Source of the DNA: Thalia democratica
Taxonomy: Eukaryota
Assembly (NCBI GenBank): GCA_965202585.1
Contig: OZ241834.1
Location: 24,180,001-24,244,000 of the forward strand
DNA length: 64,000 bases
Direction: 5' to 3'
A program made the position numbers and the translations under genes. Shown one piece after another: positions 1-12,944 of the stretch (positions within the stretch are counted from its first letter, which is position 1; every line of letters begins with the position of its first letter). The notes beneath the pieces are model-generated. The model made no database searches. It was not told the DNA's origin and saw nothing but the letters and a program-made list of their open reading frames with translations.

Positions 1-19
1 ATAAGTTTTATATTAATTA

Positions 20-202
20 AATTGGCTGGCCGGATTTTATATAAATTTTGAAAATGCTTAGCGGGCCGGATCATCAACTTGCAGGCTGGATCAATGTTGT
101 CCGCGGGCCGGATTCCATTTAAAATTAAAAAAGGTTTGGGGGCCGGTCATTTTCACTCTGCGGGCCGGATCCGGCCCGCGGGCCGTACGTTGCCCACCCC
201 TA
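20..202. mobile_element. hAT (Charlie-like) MITE, right part
   Basis: Repeated GCGGGCCGG(AT) subterminal motifs ending in 'gggccgtacgttgcccaccccta', the typical end of Charlie-type non-autonomous hAT elements. The 79..261 ORF is this element, not a gene. Confidence 0.6.
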
Positions 203-733
203 GTTTAGAACAAAGCTTAACTTTAATAACTGACAAACTTAGTATTTATCAAAGATTTTAGTTTCTACCATTTTTAGATACTTGAAGCTCTACTTAAAAA
301 ATTAACAAAAAAAATCAGCTCAGTTAAAACTTTGTTTCTTATTAAAAGGCACAAAAAACTTATAATACTTTAAAAAAAATTTCAAATCTATGTCAATATT
401 TTACCTAAATTCTATATTTATTAATTTTTTCAGATACAATGTTTAATGAGTTTAAATACATGTTTTTTTACATCTAAGAGTCAAAAACATGTCTTTTTTT
501 TTTGCATTTACAAAAAGAAACTCAAGAATCTAAGGACGGTCATCAAGGTAAAAAATATTTTAAACAGGAATGAATTTAGCTTGAAGCAGTGAAAAAGAAT
601 TTTAACTTTTACTTTGTTTGAACAATATAGAATATAATTATTCTCTATGTATGTTTTGTATGACAAACATTGAAAAATAGTACTAATGATTATTATCACT
701 GATTATAATGTTGTTTTATTGAACATTACTTAA

Positions 734-1251
734 GGGCATAGGGGGTAAACACCCTTTTTTGGTTTTTGATCTTATTTTATATAGTTTTTACTAAGCTACA
801 AGATGCTTTTTACAGATTTTAAAAATTCAAAATATTTTTTGAGATATAGCTGGTCAAAGTCGGAGGCAACAATAGGATCCTTATAAGAGGCGCAAACTAA
901 AACGGCAAATAACTAAAAATCTATCTCCTCCTACGTTTTTTGAGATAACCACCTCAAATTTTCAGGAAATGTTCCTTGCAGTATTTAGAAAATTCTGTCG
1001 GAACAGAATTTTAAAAAATAAAAATTTTATAACAAAAAAACAAAAAAAAAACTGTTTAGTAAAATAGTCTATTTTTGCTGTTTTAGTTTGCGCCTCCCAT
1101 AAGGAACCTATTGTTGGCTCCGACTTTGACCCGCTATATCTCAAAAATTATTTTGAATTTTTAAAATCTGTAAAAAGCATGTTGTAGCTTAGTAAAAACT
1201 ATATAAAATAAGTTCAAAAACCAAAAAAGGGTGTTTACCCCCCCTATGCCC
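734..1251. mobile_element. Kolobok-like MITE with TTAA TSD
   Basis: TTAA at 730-733 and 1252-1255 flanking ~185-bp imperfect terminal inverted repeats (gggcatagggggtaaacaccc... / ...gggtgtttaccccccctatgccc). A TTAA TSD with 5'-RR termini is the Kolobok signature (piggyBac usually starts CCC). Confidence 0.75.
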
Positions 1252-1257
1252 TTAATC

Positions 1258-1520
1258 TAAGGTTGCCAAATGTTCTTAAAAAAATTTTCTAGTTTTTATT
1301 AATTTCTTCCAGGTTTTCTTAAGTACAAGTTTTTAGTCTATTTTTAGTATAATATAAAACTTGAGGTCTTAAATGGAATAAAAATATTGATAAGATACTG
1401 TATTGCTACTTAAAATAAGTTCTGTAATAAAAAAAATATTAACAATACTGTATATGACAGATTTTTGTACTCTAGTCCAAGTTTTGTTACTAGGCATTTA
1501 AAAATTCCAGTTTTTTTTTT
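1258..1520 (+). mobile_element. Partial copy of MITE family B (CAGGGTTGCCA termini)
   Basis: Starts 'aaggttgccaaatg'; internal similarity to 4069-4397 and (reverse) 10668-10980; right end missing. Confidence 0.5.
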
Positions 1521-1660
1521 TCAGTTTTTAGTGATTATTGAAAATCCTATTAATCTTGTTTTATACAAAAAAAATTATTGAACTTTTATTTATCTTATCA
1601 ACTTTATCTTCATACTTACACTAAAGATGAAAACAACTTGTACGGAATTTAAAAACTCAC

Positions 1661-1753
1661 CTTTCTCTCACACAAAAGCTTTTTGTTGTAAGCTTTCAAA
1701 TTTTCCATCTGCTCCCGATAGAAAGCATCTGAAACCTTCAACTTGTAAGGCAT
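1661..1753 (-). CDS. Putative first coding exon of a DPF/requiem (BAF45b-d)-like gene; remainder not found in window
   Basis: ATG at 1753 reads MPYKLKVSDAFYREQMENLKAYNKKLLCERK then a strong donor AAG|GTGAGT; an acceptor TTGCAG lies 28 nt upstream. The pattern D-x-FY-x-E-x2-E-x4-YN-x2-L-x2-ER resembles the DPF1/2/3 N-terminal (requiem) domain as I recall it ([22 protein letters not shown]). Confidence 0.45.
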
Positions 1754-2044
1754 GGTGACAGCATTAACTTGTTATTTATTGCTGCAAGTAACAAACTGAT
1801 AAAATCCGCCTTTCAAACAAGTCAGTTTGTCTCATTATTTTGCAAATAACTCTCATAAAAAATAATCGATAGTTAATTGAAAATTATTAAACAATTTAAG
1901 TTAACTGGAAAAAAAAACTCAGCTTGATTTGAAATAATCAACATACTAAAATGTTACTATAAAAATTGTATAAATGATAGACCAGATATATCTATTTTAA
2001 TAAAACTTAAGTTGAACTTAATACAAATGTTCTAAATATTCAAG

Positions 2045-2980
2045 CAGGGTTGCCACTGGTTTTTGATAAATTTCTTCCAGGTTTTTTGAATTTTTCAAAG
2101 GTTTTTAATAGAAAACATATTTGGGTCTATTTAAAGTTTTAAGTTAGGTTTAAGGTTAAAAACTGTGTTAAGTACATGGTTGCCACAGATCAAGCTAAGA
2201 AAAATTTCCTGACTTTTTACTAATATTTTCCTGACTTTTCTAAATTAAACTCTTAACTTATTCTAAAATGCATAACCTAACACTTGAAACTATACAAGGC
2301 TTTTAATCTAATTTTAATACAGGTTAAAACAACAGCTTTTTTGCTGAATTCAATTATTAAACTTCCAATAAATCACTTGAACCATCTGTGTATGATTGAT
2401 GTATTTGCAATAAACAGCTCTATCAGCAAAATACTTGTATTATTACCTTATAAACACAGCTCGTCTGAAAAACGACACAATTTTTTAGCATTTCCTAGCA
2501 TAAATGTATCTAAATAAACGAAACGACATATAAGTAACTTTTACAATTAAAACCTTCAACTAATAATAAAAAATATTTAACTAAAACATGTTTTACTTAT
2601 ATAAATTGTTCACTTAGTTTAATAAAAGATATAGTTTTATAAAGAACATTTTACTAATTTATACCATTGGATTTATACCATTTAAATAACTTTGTAAATT
2701 TCTAGGAAAATTTTGGAATTTTTTCTGACTTTAAAAGAATTTTAATTAATTATTACCATTTGAAGGCTTTAGAAAATAAGGAATTTTGCAAATCTAAACT
2801 GACAAATCTGACTTTTTTTAAATTTTATCAAGTTTCCTGACTTTTTTTCAAAACCCCCCATTTTTCCCTGACTTTTGTCTTTTTTTTTTAATTTTTCCTG
2901 ACTTTTTCTGATTTCCTGACCATGTAGCAACCCTGTAAGTAGCATAACAACACTGAAAATATACTGTTAAGCTTATTTAA
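2045..2980. mobile_element. MITE family B with a family A copy (2175-2935) nested inside
   Basis: B starts cagggttgccac at 2045. A (catggttgccac...gtagcaaccctg) is flanked by a perfect 6-bp TSD TAAGTA (2169-2174 / 2936-2941). B-type sequence resumes after 2941 (gcataacaacactgaaaatatactg, similar to ~41750). Confidence 0.75.
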
Positions 2981-4068
2981 TATGTATTTTTAAATTGTCT
3001 AGATGAATACTTATCTAGTTAAAATATACTTTTAGCATTTTATACCATACAGATTTTATTTAGACAACAACTTTTTTTTTACTTTTTATTATATTTTGAA
3101 CAATCATTTTGTTATATGTTAATGCATCTTTACTCATTTAGAGCTTACTTTTTTGGTGCTATTAATTAAATTTGGTAAAAGCATTAGAATTATAACCTTG
3201 ATATACTCTTATCAATACTTAAAAATGTAAAACAAAAAGTTCAATAATAAAGTTACTGTAAAATTATTTATAGTAGCTAATATACTGTGATAAACAATTT
3301 TGATTCTCTTGTTTCAAATTAATGATTAATTGTTTTATTATTCATCATGGTAAAAGTATAAAAAATTTAGCTATTGTTTTAAATAGCAAGCTAATATTCA
3401 GGATACATTTAAATTACCTTAAATCAAAGCATTTTTGGAGATGTTTTGTTTAATTTGAGATATTGTTTTGATACAACTACTCTTAAATGATGTTGATTGT
3501 TGTATACTTGCTTGGGATAGTGATTCTGATCAAAACTAAACACAATTATCTGCATGTAAAAAGAATTGCTGTGTGCCACAACTCACAACTCTTACCCAAA
3601 AGACCCTTTTAACAAACACTGGTTATATGAAATTAAATGAGTAGTTTTGTTTGAAAGTTTGTAAGTTGAAGCAAAATTCTTTGACTGAACTTGATGTTGA
3701 CTATAGTAAATAGCAATTGTTTATTAGTTTTATCTCTTAAACACTAGACATTCAAAATTGTTTTATCTTGTTAGTGAAAAACCTTTGACAAAATTTGGCA
3801 AAAAAATATTCAAATATCTAAGGTACAAGCTTTGGTAAAGTTTCTCAGAGAATTTCAAAAATTTATAAAACACAGCTTAAAATAAAACTGTAAATTTTTT
3901 TTGTTAAACCACTTAAATAAGTAAGTTTAGAACTCCTCTGATTTAATGTAATTCAAACATTTTGAATTTCTACCTGTTTTGATAATTATATTTTTTAAGT
4001 TCAAATTATTATGTAATAATTGTACATACACTTATGCAATTTTTTTAGTACCTTTTTTACTAGTTATA

Positions 4069-4397
4069 CAGGGTTCCTAAATGTTTTTAGCAAATTTTCT
4101 CAAGGTTTTTAAATCACACGTTTTGGGGTCTATTTTTAGTTTTAAATTAACTTTAAGGTAAAAGCTGTGTTAAAAAAGTATAGCATCTGTCTTATAAGTA
4201 TGAACCTGAATAAATATCTTTAAGCTTCTTTAAACACGTATTTTAACATAAAAAAATTTGATGATGACAAAAAATTTATCTTTATAATAGATTTTTTGTC
4301 AAATCAAACTTTTACTACTTAACATGTGAAAGTTGTTCAAAATTCCAGGTTTTTTTTAGCCTAAATTGTCAAATTCCAGTTTTTTTTGGCAGCCCTG
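4069..4397 (+). mobile_element. MITE family B
   Basis: cagggttcctaaatg...ttggcagccctg termini; flanks agttata/agtcata (imperfect TSD). Confidence 0.7.
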
Positions 4398-4919
4398 AGT
4401 CATAGCTAGTAGACTGTTTGATTTTAATTTTGGAAATTTTTTTTTTTTTTTTCACTGGTCAAATGAAACATACTGTATTTACTAAGAAAGGGTAAGTGCT
4501 GTGTTTTAAACAATATTTTGTTTTTAAAAATTAATTAGCATTTCGTGATCTGATCAATTTATAAGTTAAAACTTATTTTTAAACCACTGATTCAATTTGG
4601 TTGCAGGTATAACACAGTTTGATTATAATGTATTTATGTTGCAACTGCAACACACTTGGTAATGTTAGTAAACGTTAATGTTGGTAAACACTTGCTTGGG
4701 GATTTGTAATTCACAACTTTTCCACTCTTTGTTTATAGATTTCAATTATGTGAGTGTTTGCCAAAAGACAAGCCACCAAGAGCTAAATATATAGCCTTTA
4801 ATACTTGACAAAAATTTTCAGCTTGATATTTGACTAAAATTAGTTACTTGCTAAAACCTGAACTGATTTTGTCCAGTATCAAAACAACTATTAAATTTTT
4901 TTTTTTACTTTTAAATAAT

Positions 4920-5283
4920 GATACTTTAGCACAAAGACAAATTTGCTCGAGGGGTCAAAATTTCCTAAAGACAACTTTGCACGGAGGGTCAATTTTGCAC
5001 AAGTGATAGCTTTGCACGGAGGGTAATTTTTGCACAACATTAAAAAAAAAACCAAAAAAAGAAATTAAAAAAAAAAAAACTAAAAGATAAATTAATAAAA
5101 AAAACAAGGAAAAAAAAATACAAAAAAGTAAGGGTTAGGGGTAACAGTGATAGTAAAAATAAAAATAATAAAAATTGTTAGAAATTTGTTTTTAATTTCA
5201 TCCAGTGCAAAAATTTCTTTGTGCAAAAAAAGTCTTTGTGCTATTTAATGCCCACGCTTGTGCAAATTTGACACCTAACCCTT
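4920..5283 (+). repeat. Dispersed repeat family H (TTTGCAC/GTGCAAA motifs, GGGTTAGGG core)
   Basis: Multiple tttgcac(gga) motifs on the left and gtgcaaa on the right; 'gggttaggggtaacagtgatag' recurs reverse-complemented at ~16025-16050 and partially at ~35930-36030. Confidence 0.6.
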
Positions 5284-5291
5284 AATTAAAC

Positions 5292-5617
5292 CAGAATTTC
5301 CCAAACTTTTTCTTCAAATTGCCCCTTTTGAAAAAATTAAAAAGGCTATTGCCCTCTTAAACAAGACTACCATTTAAAACACCAAAGACTTTTTTTTTTG
5401 CTCTTTATCTGAAACTCTAGAATATCTAGTGTAAATTTCAAAATTACTAATAAGTACACCTAAGACCTTGCTCTTCATCTGCAATAATATCTAGTGTAAG
5501 TTTCAACAAATTGAAATTGCCCTCCCCCCCCCCCTTTTGCTACTTTACTAATTATTGTCCCCCAACTTACTAAAATCGCCCCCACAGGGGCGGTACCCCC
5601 AACTCTGGGAAACCCTG
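5292..5617. mobile_element. hAT-like MITE
   Basis: Termini cagaatttcccaaac / ctctgggaaaccctg; 8-bp flanks aattaaac / atctaaac (6/8 identical). Confidence 0.6.
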
Positions 5618-6064
5618 ATCTAAACCATGATTTTAGATTGAGATCTTAATTGGCTAAGATTTTTTTCTGGCTAAGATTCAAAAAAAGACTGAAAACGTTC
5701 TGCTTGAATAACTTCATCGCGGCTAATGTTGGCTAAAGTAAAAACTGGCTAATGTTGGCTAAAGTAAAAGTTATCTAAAATAAAAACTTGGCTAAGATTT
5801 TTTTCTGGCTAAGATTCAAAAAAATTAATAAAATTAATAATAAGCTAAAGTAACAATAAAAAGGCTTACAAACTGATGAAAAAATAAAAGCAAAAAACAT
5901 AAATAAAAAACTCAGTTTTAACTAATTTAAAACTCGAACTAAAAAAATTAAATCATAACAATTTAAAAAAAAATCTAAACAAAAAAACTTAAGTTTTTAA
6001 ACCTTCTTAAATATAAATACTGTTGATGGTTATTACTTATTAAACTAAAAAAAGCTTTGAGAAA

Positions 6065-6440
6065 AGTCATATCACTATTGACAATTTTAAAAATAGTAAT
6101 AAAAAAGTAAAGTATTTTACGAAGTACCTTTTATACATTAAATATCTATTATTAAAACTTCGCGAGTAATTGTTTTAAGAACCTTGCATATTAGGCAATC
6201 GAGTCATACACTATTGATGAATTTAAAAATAGTATTAAAAAAAGTAGAGTATTTTACGAAGTACCTTTTATACATTAAATATCTATTATTAAAACTTCGC
6301 GAGTAATTGTTTTAAGAACCTTGCATATTAGGCAATCGAGTCATACACTATTGATGAATTTAAAAATAGTATCAAAAAAAGTAAAGTACTTTACAAAATA
6401 CCTCTTATACATGAAAAATCTAATATTAAAACTTCGCGAT
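6065..6440. repeat. Tandem repeat, ~137-bp unit x ~2.7
   Basis: 'cactattga' anchors at 6073, 6209 and 6346; units nearly identical. Confidence 0.9.
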
Positions 6441-6875
6441 ATCTGTAAAAGTATATGTTTTAGAGCATAAAACTGTTCTTACATGTAGAGTTTAAAAAGT
6501 AAGAACTTTATACAAATTACTATTTTAAGATAAAAAAGTTTTTTTTTTCTAAAATTTAATAGGTTATTTATATCAAAGTAAAAATAAAAAAAATAATTTG
6601 TTTCCATACGCTATTTTTTATAAATTAAGCTACATATACTTGTATCCTTTGTTTGATATAAACGTTTATTACCTAACTTTTATAAGTTAAGGTTTTAAAT
6701 CTCTTTATATCTTGTATAACTGAACACATAATTTAGTTTCTAAACAACTTAACAACTATTTTAAGTAAACATTAAAACATTGAAAAAAAATATATCACTG
6801 TTACAAATTATACAGTAATCTTCCTTTATTCTACCAACATATGTTTCTGTGTGTCAACTGTTGTGTGTTCTGTGT

Positions 6876-7258
6876 CAAACTTTGTAAAATTGTTATAAAA
6901 TGTTAATCACATGAGTCAAAATTTGTATATATATTTGACTTAAAAAGTTATAGTCTTTTTAAAATTACCTTTTTTACGTGAATGATCTGCTATTAAACTT
7001 AGCGCTGTAACAAAAAGCATATATTTAAGAACTTAACACTTTTTTTTTAGGGTTCATAACTTTTATGTTTTAACTTGAAATTTTGTCAAACTTTGTAAAA
7101 TCCTTTTTAAATGTTAACAAAACATCCCATTCAAACAAAATTTGTATATATATTGGACTTAAAAAGTTATAGTCTTTTTAAAATTACCTTTTTTACGTGA
7201 ATAATCTGCTATTAAACTTAGCGCTGTAACAAAAAGCATATATTTAAGAACTTAACAT
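6876..7258. repeat. Tandem duplication, ~219-bp offset
   Basis: 'ttaaaaagttatagtctttttaaaattacc...gaacttaaca' at 6940 and 7159. Confidence 0.9.
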
Positions 7259-7789
7259 TTGAACAAAAAAACATCTTAAACGACATCTTGCGTTTCGTAG
7301 AACGGAGATCTTTTAATTTCATTAAAAATAAAAGCCGACAAATATTTTTTTTACCTGAAAGTAAACCTGTTTTTCACCATACATAACTTAATACACATGT
7401 TAGTTTCGCCTATTTTAAATATAAATTTTCATTTTGTTACGTCGTAATAGATTATTTAGCTTTGCAACTTTCTCGTTAACCGCGCTCATTTAAAAATAGT
7501 TAATTGAAAGCTTATTAGTATACAAATAGAAAAAATGTGTGATTTTGACTCGTTCTTACTTTTGATATATACGTTTCAATTTTAAGTGTAAATTATCTTG
7601 TTTGTAGTATTAGATGAATATCCAAACAGAAGCAAAAATTTGTTCTTTTTAAAATATAAAAGCAGCTTTGTTTTGATTAGCTTGAAAAAAAAACCGAGTT
7701 TTCAATCTTCCCCCATTTTCATTTTTTTTCGTTTAGTTGAACGTCGAATACTATAAAACAAGTCTGCTGTAGTGCAAGTTGGTCTGAAG

Positions 7790-8181
7790 AAGGTTAAAAT
7801 TTAAATTTTATTTTATAGCTATGTAGATCAGCCAAAGTGTGATTGTAGTGGCATTTTAATCCACACCTTCTACTTGGATTTCAAGAATTGAACTATATTG
7901 TTTATTGTAAAGTACTTCTTTACATAATGATTATTACTTATTTAATTCCAAGTAGATAACTCTTAATTTAATTTATTGTTACAGTCAATAGTGTACTGCT
8001 GTTAGATTTAATTCATGTGTCAAAGTTTTGACCATATTTAAAGTTTTTTCTTAAGTTGGATGTTTTTTATATTGTAGTTCATTATATGTTCTTTAATGTA
8101 AAACATAATTATCAAGAAGTATATAAATCTTTATTTCTAAGTTAAGTTTAAATTTAATTATAATATTTAGTGTGGTTGCAC
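7790..8181. repeat. Dispersed repeat family F (second copy ~12030-12480), interrupted by hAT MITE
   Basis: Shared blocks 'cagcca..gtgtgatt', 'tttaattccaagtagataa', 'ctgttagatttaattc' with 12030-12480; similarity resumes after 9281. Confidence 0.6.
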
Positions 8182-9273
8182 CAGGGGCGTGTCTAGACAT
8201 TTTTCAATGGGATTCACAGTTTTTATTTTGTTCCTAATTTGCCGCTTAAGTACACATTTCTTAGGTATGCACTGCCAGTTAAGTACGCAATATTTAGCCA
8301 AAAAAACTCAGTGTTTAAAATATTGTTTTCTGCTTAGAAATTAAAAATAAACATATAAGTAGTAATAGAAAAATATTATTATTTTTTATCCATTATACTG
8401 TATTAAATTAAGATGAACTAAAACTAAATGAACTAGAAAAAAGTTATGAACTTACATATTTTTCTTTTAAATTTTTAACTTTTTACATTTTATATCTATT
8501 TATAATAAAAATATTTTTTCGAGGTATATACTATAAAAGTTGAAACTTCACTAAAAGAGTTGTTTAGACTTTTAAAATTAAATTAAAATATATTTGAGTT
8601 ATAATTAAATGTTTGCCTGATGGTGCAGAGGTTCTAATTATGGTTTTGAAATTTATCTGAGTTGAAAATTTCAAAAAATCAAGAACCAACTTTGTGGCCA
8701 ACAGATATACAAAAATAAAATAACTTAAATAAAAATATTATAATACCATTAAATGATAAAATTTATATATTGCCATTTGATGTATTGGTCTAAAGATGAT
8801 TTTGAAAACTCTCTGAATTAAAGTTTGAAGGTTTAAAAGCTTCACACAACATTATTATATACAATCAACTAAGTAAAATAAAATTTTAGTGATTATATTG
8901 GACATTTTTGAAGTAAAGTTGTACTTACTAGTTGGAAAACAACACTTAATAAAAAGTTGTTTACACTAAGTAACAATTTATAATGGGAAATAAGAGTATT
9001 TAGTAAAAAGTTTTCCTGAAAAAAAAAGCTACTTTAAAACTTTTACATATTATGACGTCACAATTTAAATTTTGTTTGAAATCTATTTCAGCTGGGCAAA
9101 AACAAGCATTTTTTGTTACTGAAACTAATAATTTTTCAATGTTACAAATTCAACATTCAAAGTTTATCAAATAACCAATACAAAGTCATTAAACAAAGTA
9201 TTTAGTGATATTCTAAGACTTTTTTTTTCAAGGGGTTCACAGAAAACAGAAAACCAGTCATAACACGCCCCTA
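8182..9273. mobile_element. Non-autonomous hAT element, 1092 bp
   Basis: TIRs caggggcgtgt / acacgccccta (10/11) and perfect 8-bp TSD GGTTGCAC at 8174-8181 and 9274-9281. Confidence 0.9.
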
Positions 9274-10313
9274 GGTTGCACACTACCTTACATGGCAGTC
9301 TTTAAGGTAAAATTTTTTTAAGACTAACTCAGTATTTTACCCTGACACATTTTACTTCTATATATAATCTTTTATTTTTAGGCTAGTAATTACTCTATTT
9401 TTATCTCACATTATTTTATATGTTTGACATTTGATTTTAATAGTGCGTTTTATTTAAAAGTAGATTTAGAGAAATTTAAAATAAAGCTTGCATTTAATTT
9501 TTAAGAGCGGTACTCACATTTTCTATATGCCCTTTTAAAAGCACCTGAGGTTTACCCATAACCAGAAATGCATAGGGGGTTGAAAAACCATCAGCAATAA
9601 GGGGTAATAATGATAAAAATACCATGGTGGATGAACAATAAAGAGTATTGTCCAAGTGTAATTCCATATAATTACTAGAAGAATTATAAATTTTGAATAC
9701 ACAAATTAACTATAGAACTGAAAAAATTTAGTCTACAAATTCATTATAGAACTGACAAATATAAGTCCAAATAACGAAAGTAATGACAGTGTATGATTAG
9801 AAATTAGTCACAAAAAATGGTGACTAGATTTAGGTAAAAGTAAGTCATATTAAATTTATGTAAGATTCTTGCATCTTTATACAATTATTCAAAAAGACAA
9901 TATTTACTAATTACTAAAACAGCAAAGACCAGATCAGTGCTGAAAATTTTGATGAATTTGTATCATAGGGGTTTGCATATGCATGACAATTGAGTGATAC
10001 TTTTAAGTTGACAAAGTTGTTTAAATTGTAATTTTGATGTTATTTATTTTGCCTAGTTATTGAAAATTTTTGCTAAATGAATATTCTGAAAAACCTTTAA
10101 GATAATTTTGAGAACTATTAGTTTTGTTAAACTTAAAAATTTACTACAATTTTTTGAAAACATGTTATTCACATTACTGTCTACTTAAATGTTTTCTTTA
10201 TGGTTATTTTAAAACTAATTCATTTTTCTCTTTTTGATATAGTTTTTGTGCTGTAACTTTAAAGAACTAGGGTAAGTTGCACTGTTTGACAATAAATATT
10301 ATTCATCCTAACC

Positions 10314-11829
10314 CAGGGTTGCCACATGGTCAGGAAATCAGGAATAAATGGGGTTTTTGAAAAAAAGTCAGGAAAAGTCAGAAAATTTAACAAAATTTAA
10401 GAAAAAGTTAGATATTGGCAGATCAAATTTACAATTTTTTTTTCTTAAGCCTTTAAATGGTGAAAATGAATTAAAAATTCTTATGTCAGACTAAAACTGT
10501 AAAATTTTGCTAAAAATTTACAAAATTACTTAATTTCCAATGCCTTCATCTAGTATAAACTAATACAACATCCATTATAAAACTGCAAAATTTTTCTATT
10601 AACGTATTAAACAACTATCTATTTGAACAAGCAGTATTTGTATGCTTTTTAGTATTGATGATCTGTGCGGGTTGAAAAAAAACCTGAAAACCTGGATTTT
10701 TTAACAATTTTAACATGTGTTAAGTAGCAAAGTTTCGATTCGACTCAAAAAATCTATCATATTGATAATTTTTTTTTGTCATCATCATAATTTTTTTAAT
10801 TAAAAACACATTTTAAGAATTTTTAAGATTTCTTTTCTATGTTGTTATACTATTTAGCACAATTTTACACCTTAAACTTAATTTTAAACTAAAAATAAAC
10901 CCTAAAACGTCTATTTTTAAAAACCTTGAGGAAATTTTCAAAAGCTGGAGAAAATTTGACAAAAACATTTGGCAACCCTGTCTGTGGCAAAGACACTTCC
11001 ATAGTGAAACTCTGATATATACACAAAATTTATCTTGCAGAGTTTAAGAATTAAAGTGTTTCTTGTTCAAGTAGATAATTAAGTTCTTTATAATTAAGCA
11101 TTAAGTTTAGTATTTTATGTGGCAAGTTTATGTGTATACTATACCTCTTTATAATTTTTTAGTTTGTTTAAACTTGAATAATAAGTTATAAGAGGAGTTT
11201 ATTCCATTGTTATTTAACTTATTTGTGATATTTTGTAAAATAAAATAAGAATGATTAAATCAAATGGAATAATTAAATAAGAGTAGATTTATTTGTTTCA
11301 AGTTTTATACTAAATGATAAGAGGAAATATTTTCTATAACAGATATATAGTTTACTTTTTTATGTATTTTTTACAGTTACTTAAGTGTATTGTTTTCTAA
11401 TTGAGATCTAATTCAATGACCTTATATTATATGGTTTAGGTAGTATTTTATCAAAGTAAGTGAACAATTTATATTAGTATTTCATGTTACAGATAAATAT
11501 TTTTTATTGTTAGATATTATTACCTTTAGGTTGGTTTACAGTTTTATGCTAACTCTGACTATATTTTGCTGATAGAGCTGTTTATTGAAAATACATCAAT
11601 CATAAACAGGTTGTTCAAGTGGTGTAATGGAAGCTAGATGATTGAATTCAGCAAAAAAAAAACTGTTGTTTTAACCTGTATAAAAATAAAATCAAAAACT
11701 TTAGATAGATTCAAGTGTTTGATTATGTATTTTAGAATAAGTTTAAATTAAGAGTTTGATTTAGAAAAGTCAGGAAAATTTTATTAAAAAGTCAGAAAAT
11801 TTTTCTCAGCTTGATCTGTTGCAACCATC
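10314..11829 (+). mobile_element. MITE family A with nested family B copy (10668-10980)
   Basis: A: cagggttgccacatgg...gatctgttgcaaccatc with flanks CTAACC/CTCACC. Nested B is bounded by TCTGTG (10662-10667 / 10981-10986); the empty site 'gatgatctgtggcaaag' is visible in the sister copy at ~13290. Confidence 0.8.
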
Positions 11830-12944
11830 CTCACCATTTTTGTAGATAAAAGGAAGTAGAATAAGATTGTTTTTAACCAAAAACGGAAGTAGAGCTAGAT
11901 TATCTTTGAAAATTGAAAAAAAAAGAGTAAGTGTAATGGAATACCAGTTTCACTGCTGTTCCATTTAGTTGAACATCAAATATAATAAAACCAGTCAACC
12001 AGAAAGCAAGTTGATTTGAAGCAAGTTTATATTTCAAGATATAGCTGTATAAACCAGCCATTGTGTGATTACAGTAATATTCTAGTCAAGACTTTCTATT
12101 TATAGATCAAAGACTTTACTTTTTTGTTGATATGTTTTTTGTAAAGTTGTTTTTAATATAACGATTATTACCTATATTTGGTTTATTATTTGATACATTT
12201 GATTGAATTTAATTCCAAGTAGATAATACTTAATGAAATTATTCATTGTTATAGTTTATTCCTGTTAGATTTAATTCTTGTGTAAAAGCTTTGACCACAT
12301 TTAGAGTATTTAAAAAAATTAGATGTTAGTTATTACTTAATGATTGACATGTTCTTTGTCATGCCTAGTTTTTAAAAGTAGTATAGAACTACATCAAGTA
12401 TTTTTTAGTTCTATGTTAATTTTAAATTAAATATGGTCTTAAGTGTTTTTGTACACTACACTGTAACCTTACAATGTAACTTTTTTTTCAAACTAAACTA
12501 CATTATTTTTATGGTGTTTGAAGCTGCTTAAAGGTCTTATGAATTGTAAATATTATTGTAGTTTTATACATCCTTTTAATAAAATTTACATTTAAGTATC
12601 ATTTTAGGGCTAGTATACTTAAAGGTCAATTTAAAAAAAAAAACCAGCAAAAAAAAAGAAGCTTTGATTTATATTTTGTTTTATACTTTCATTATTAAAA
12701 CTTTTTTGTTAGTTAATTTTAAGTATGCCTCTTAAGGTGGGTTAGTGATAAGGGTATAAAAATACAATCTTTAAAAAAATTTGATGACTCGGAGTTTTTT
12801 CAGCTCAGACTGACTTTTAAGTATACTTTCCTCATTTTAGTATTGTTGTGTTAAAAAAAATATTAATAATTGAAACAAATGTAAAATAAACTGATGAATA
12901 ATCCAGAATTTAATTTAACCCAACAAAATAATAAATATTATACG

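Noticed and set aside
79-261. 60-aa ORF
   Set aside because: Lies in the GC-rich subterminal repeats of a hAT MITE; no protein-like features.
508-547. Possible + strand mini-exon (QKETQESKDGHQ G|gtaaaa)
   Set aside because: Plausible donor but weak acceptor, no recognisable protein and no partner exons.
3430-3550. Short acidic reading frame (LLNDVDCCILAWDSDSDQN*)
   Set aside because: Too short and not continuous; cannot be assigned to any family.
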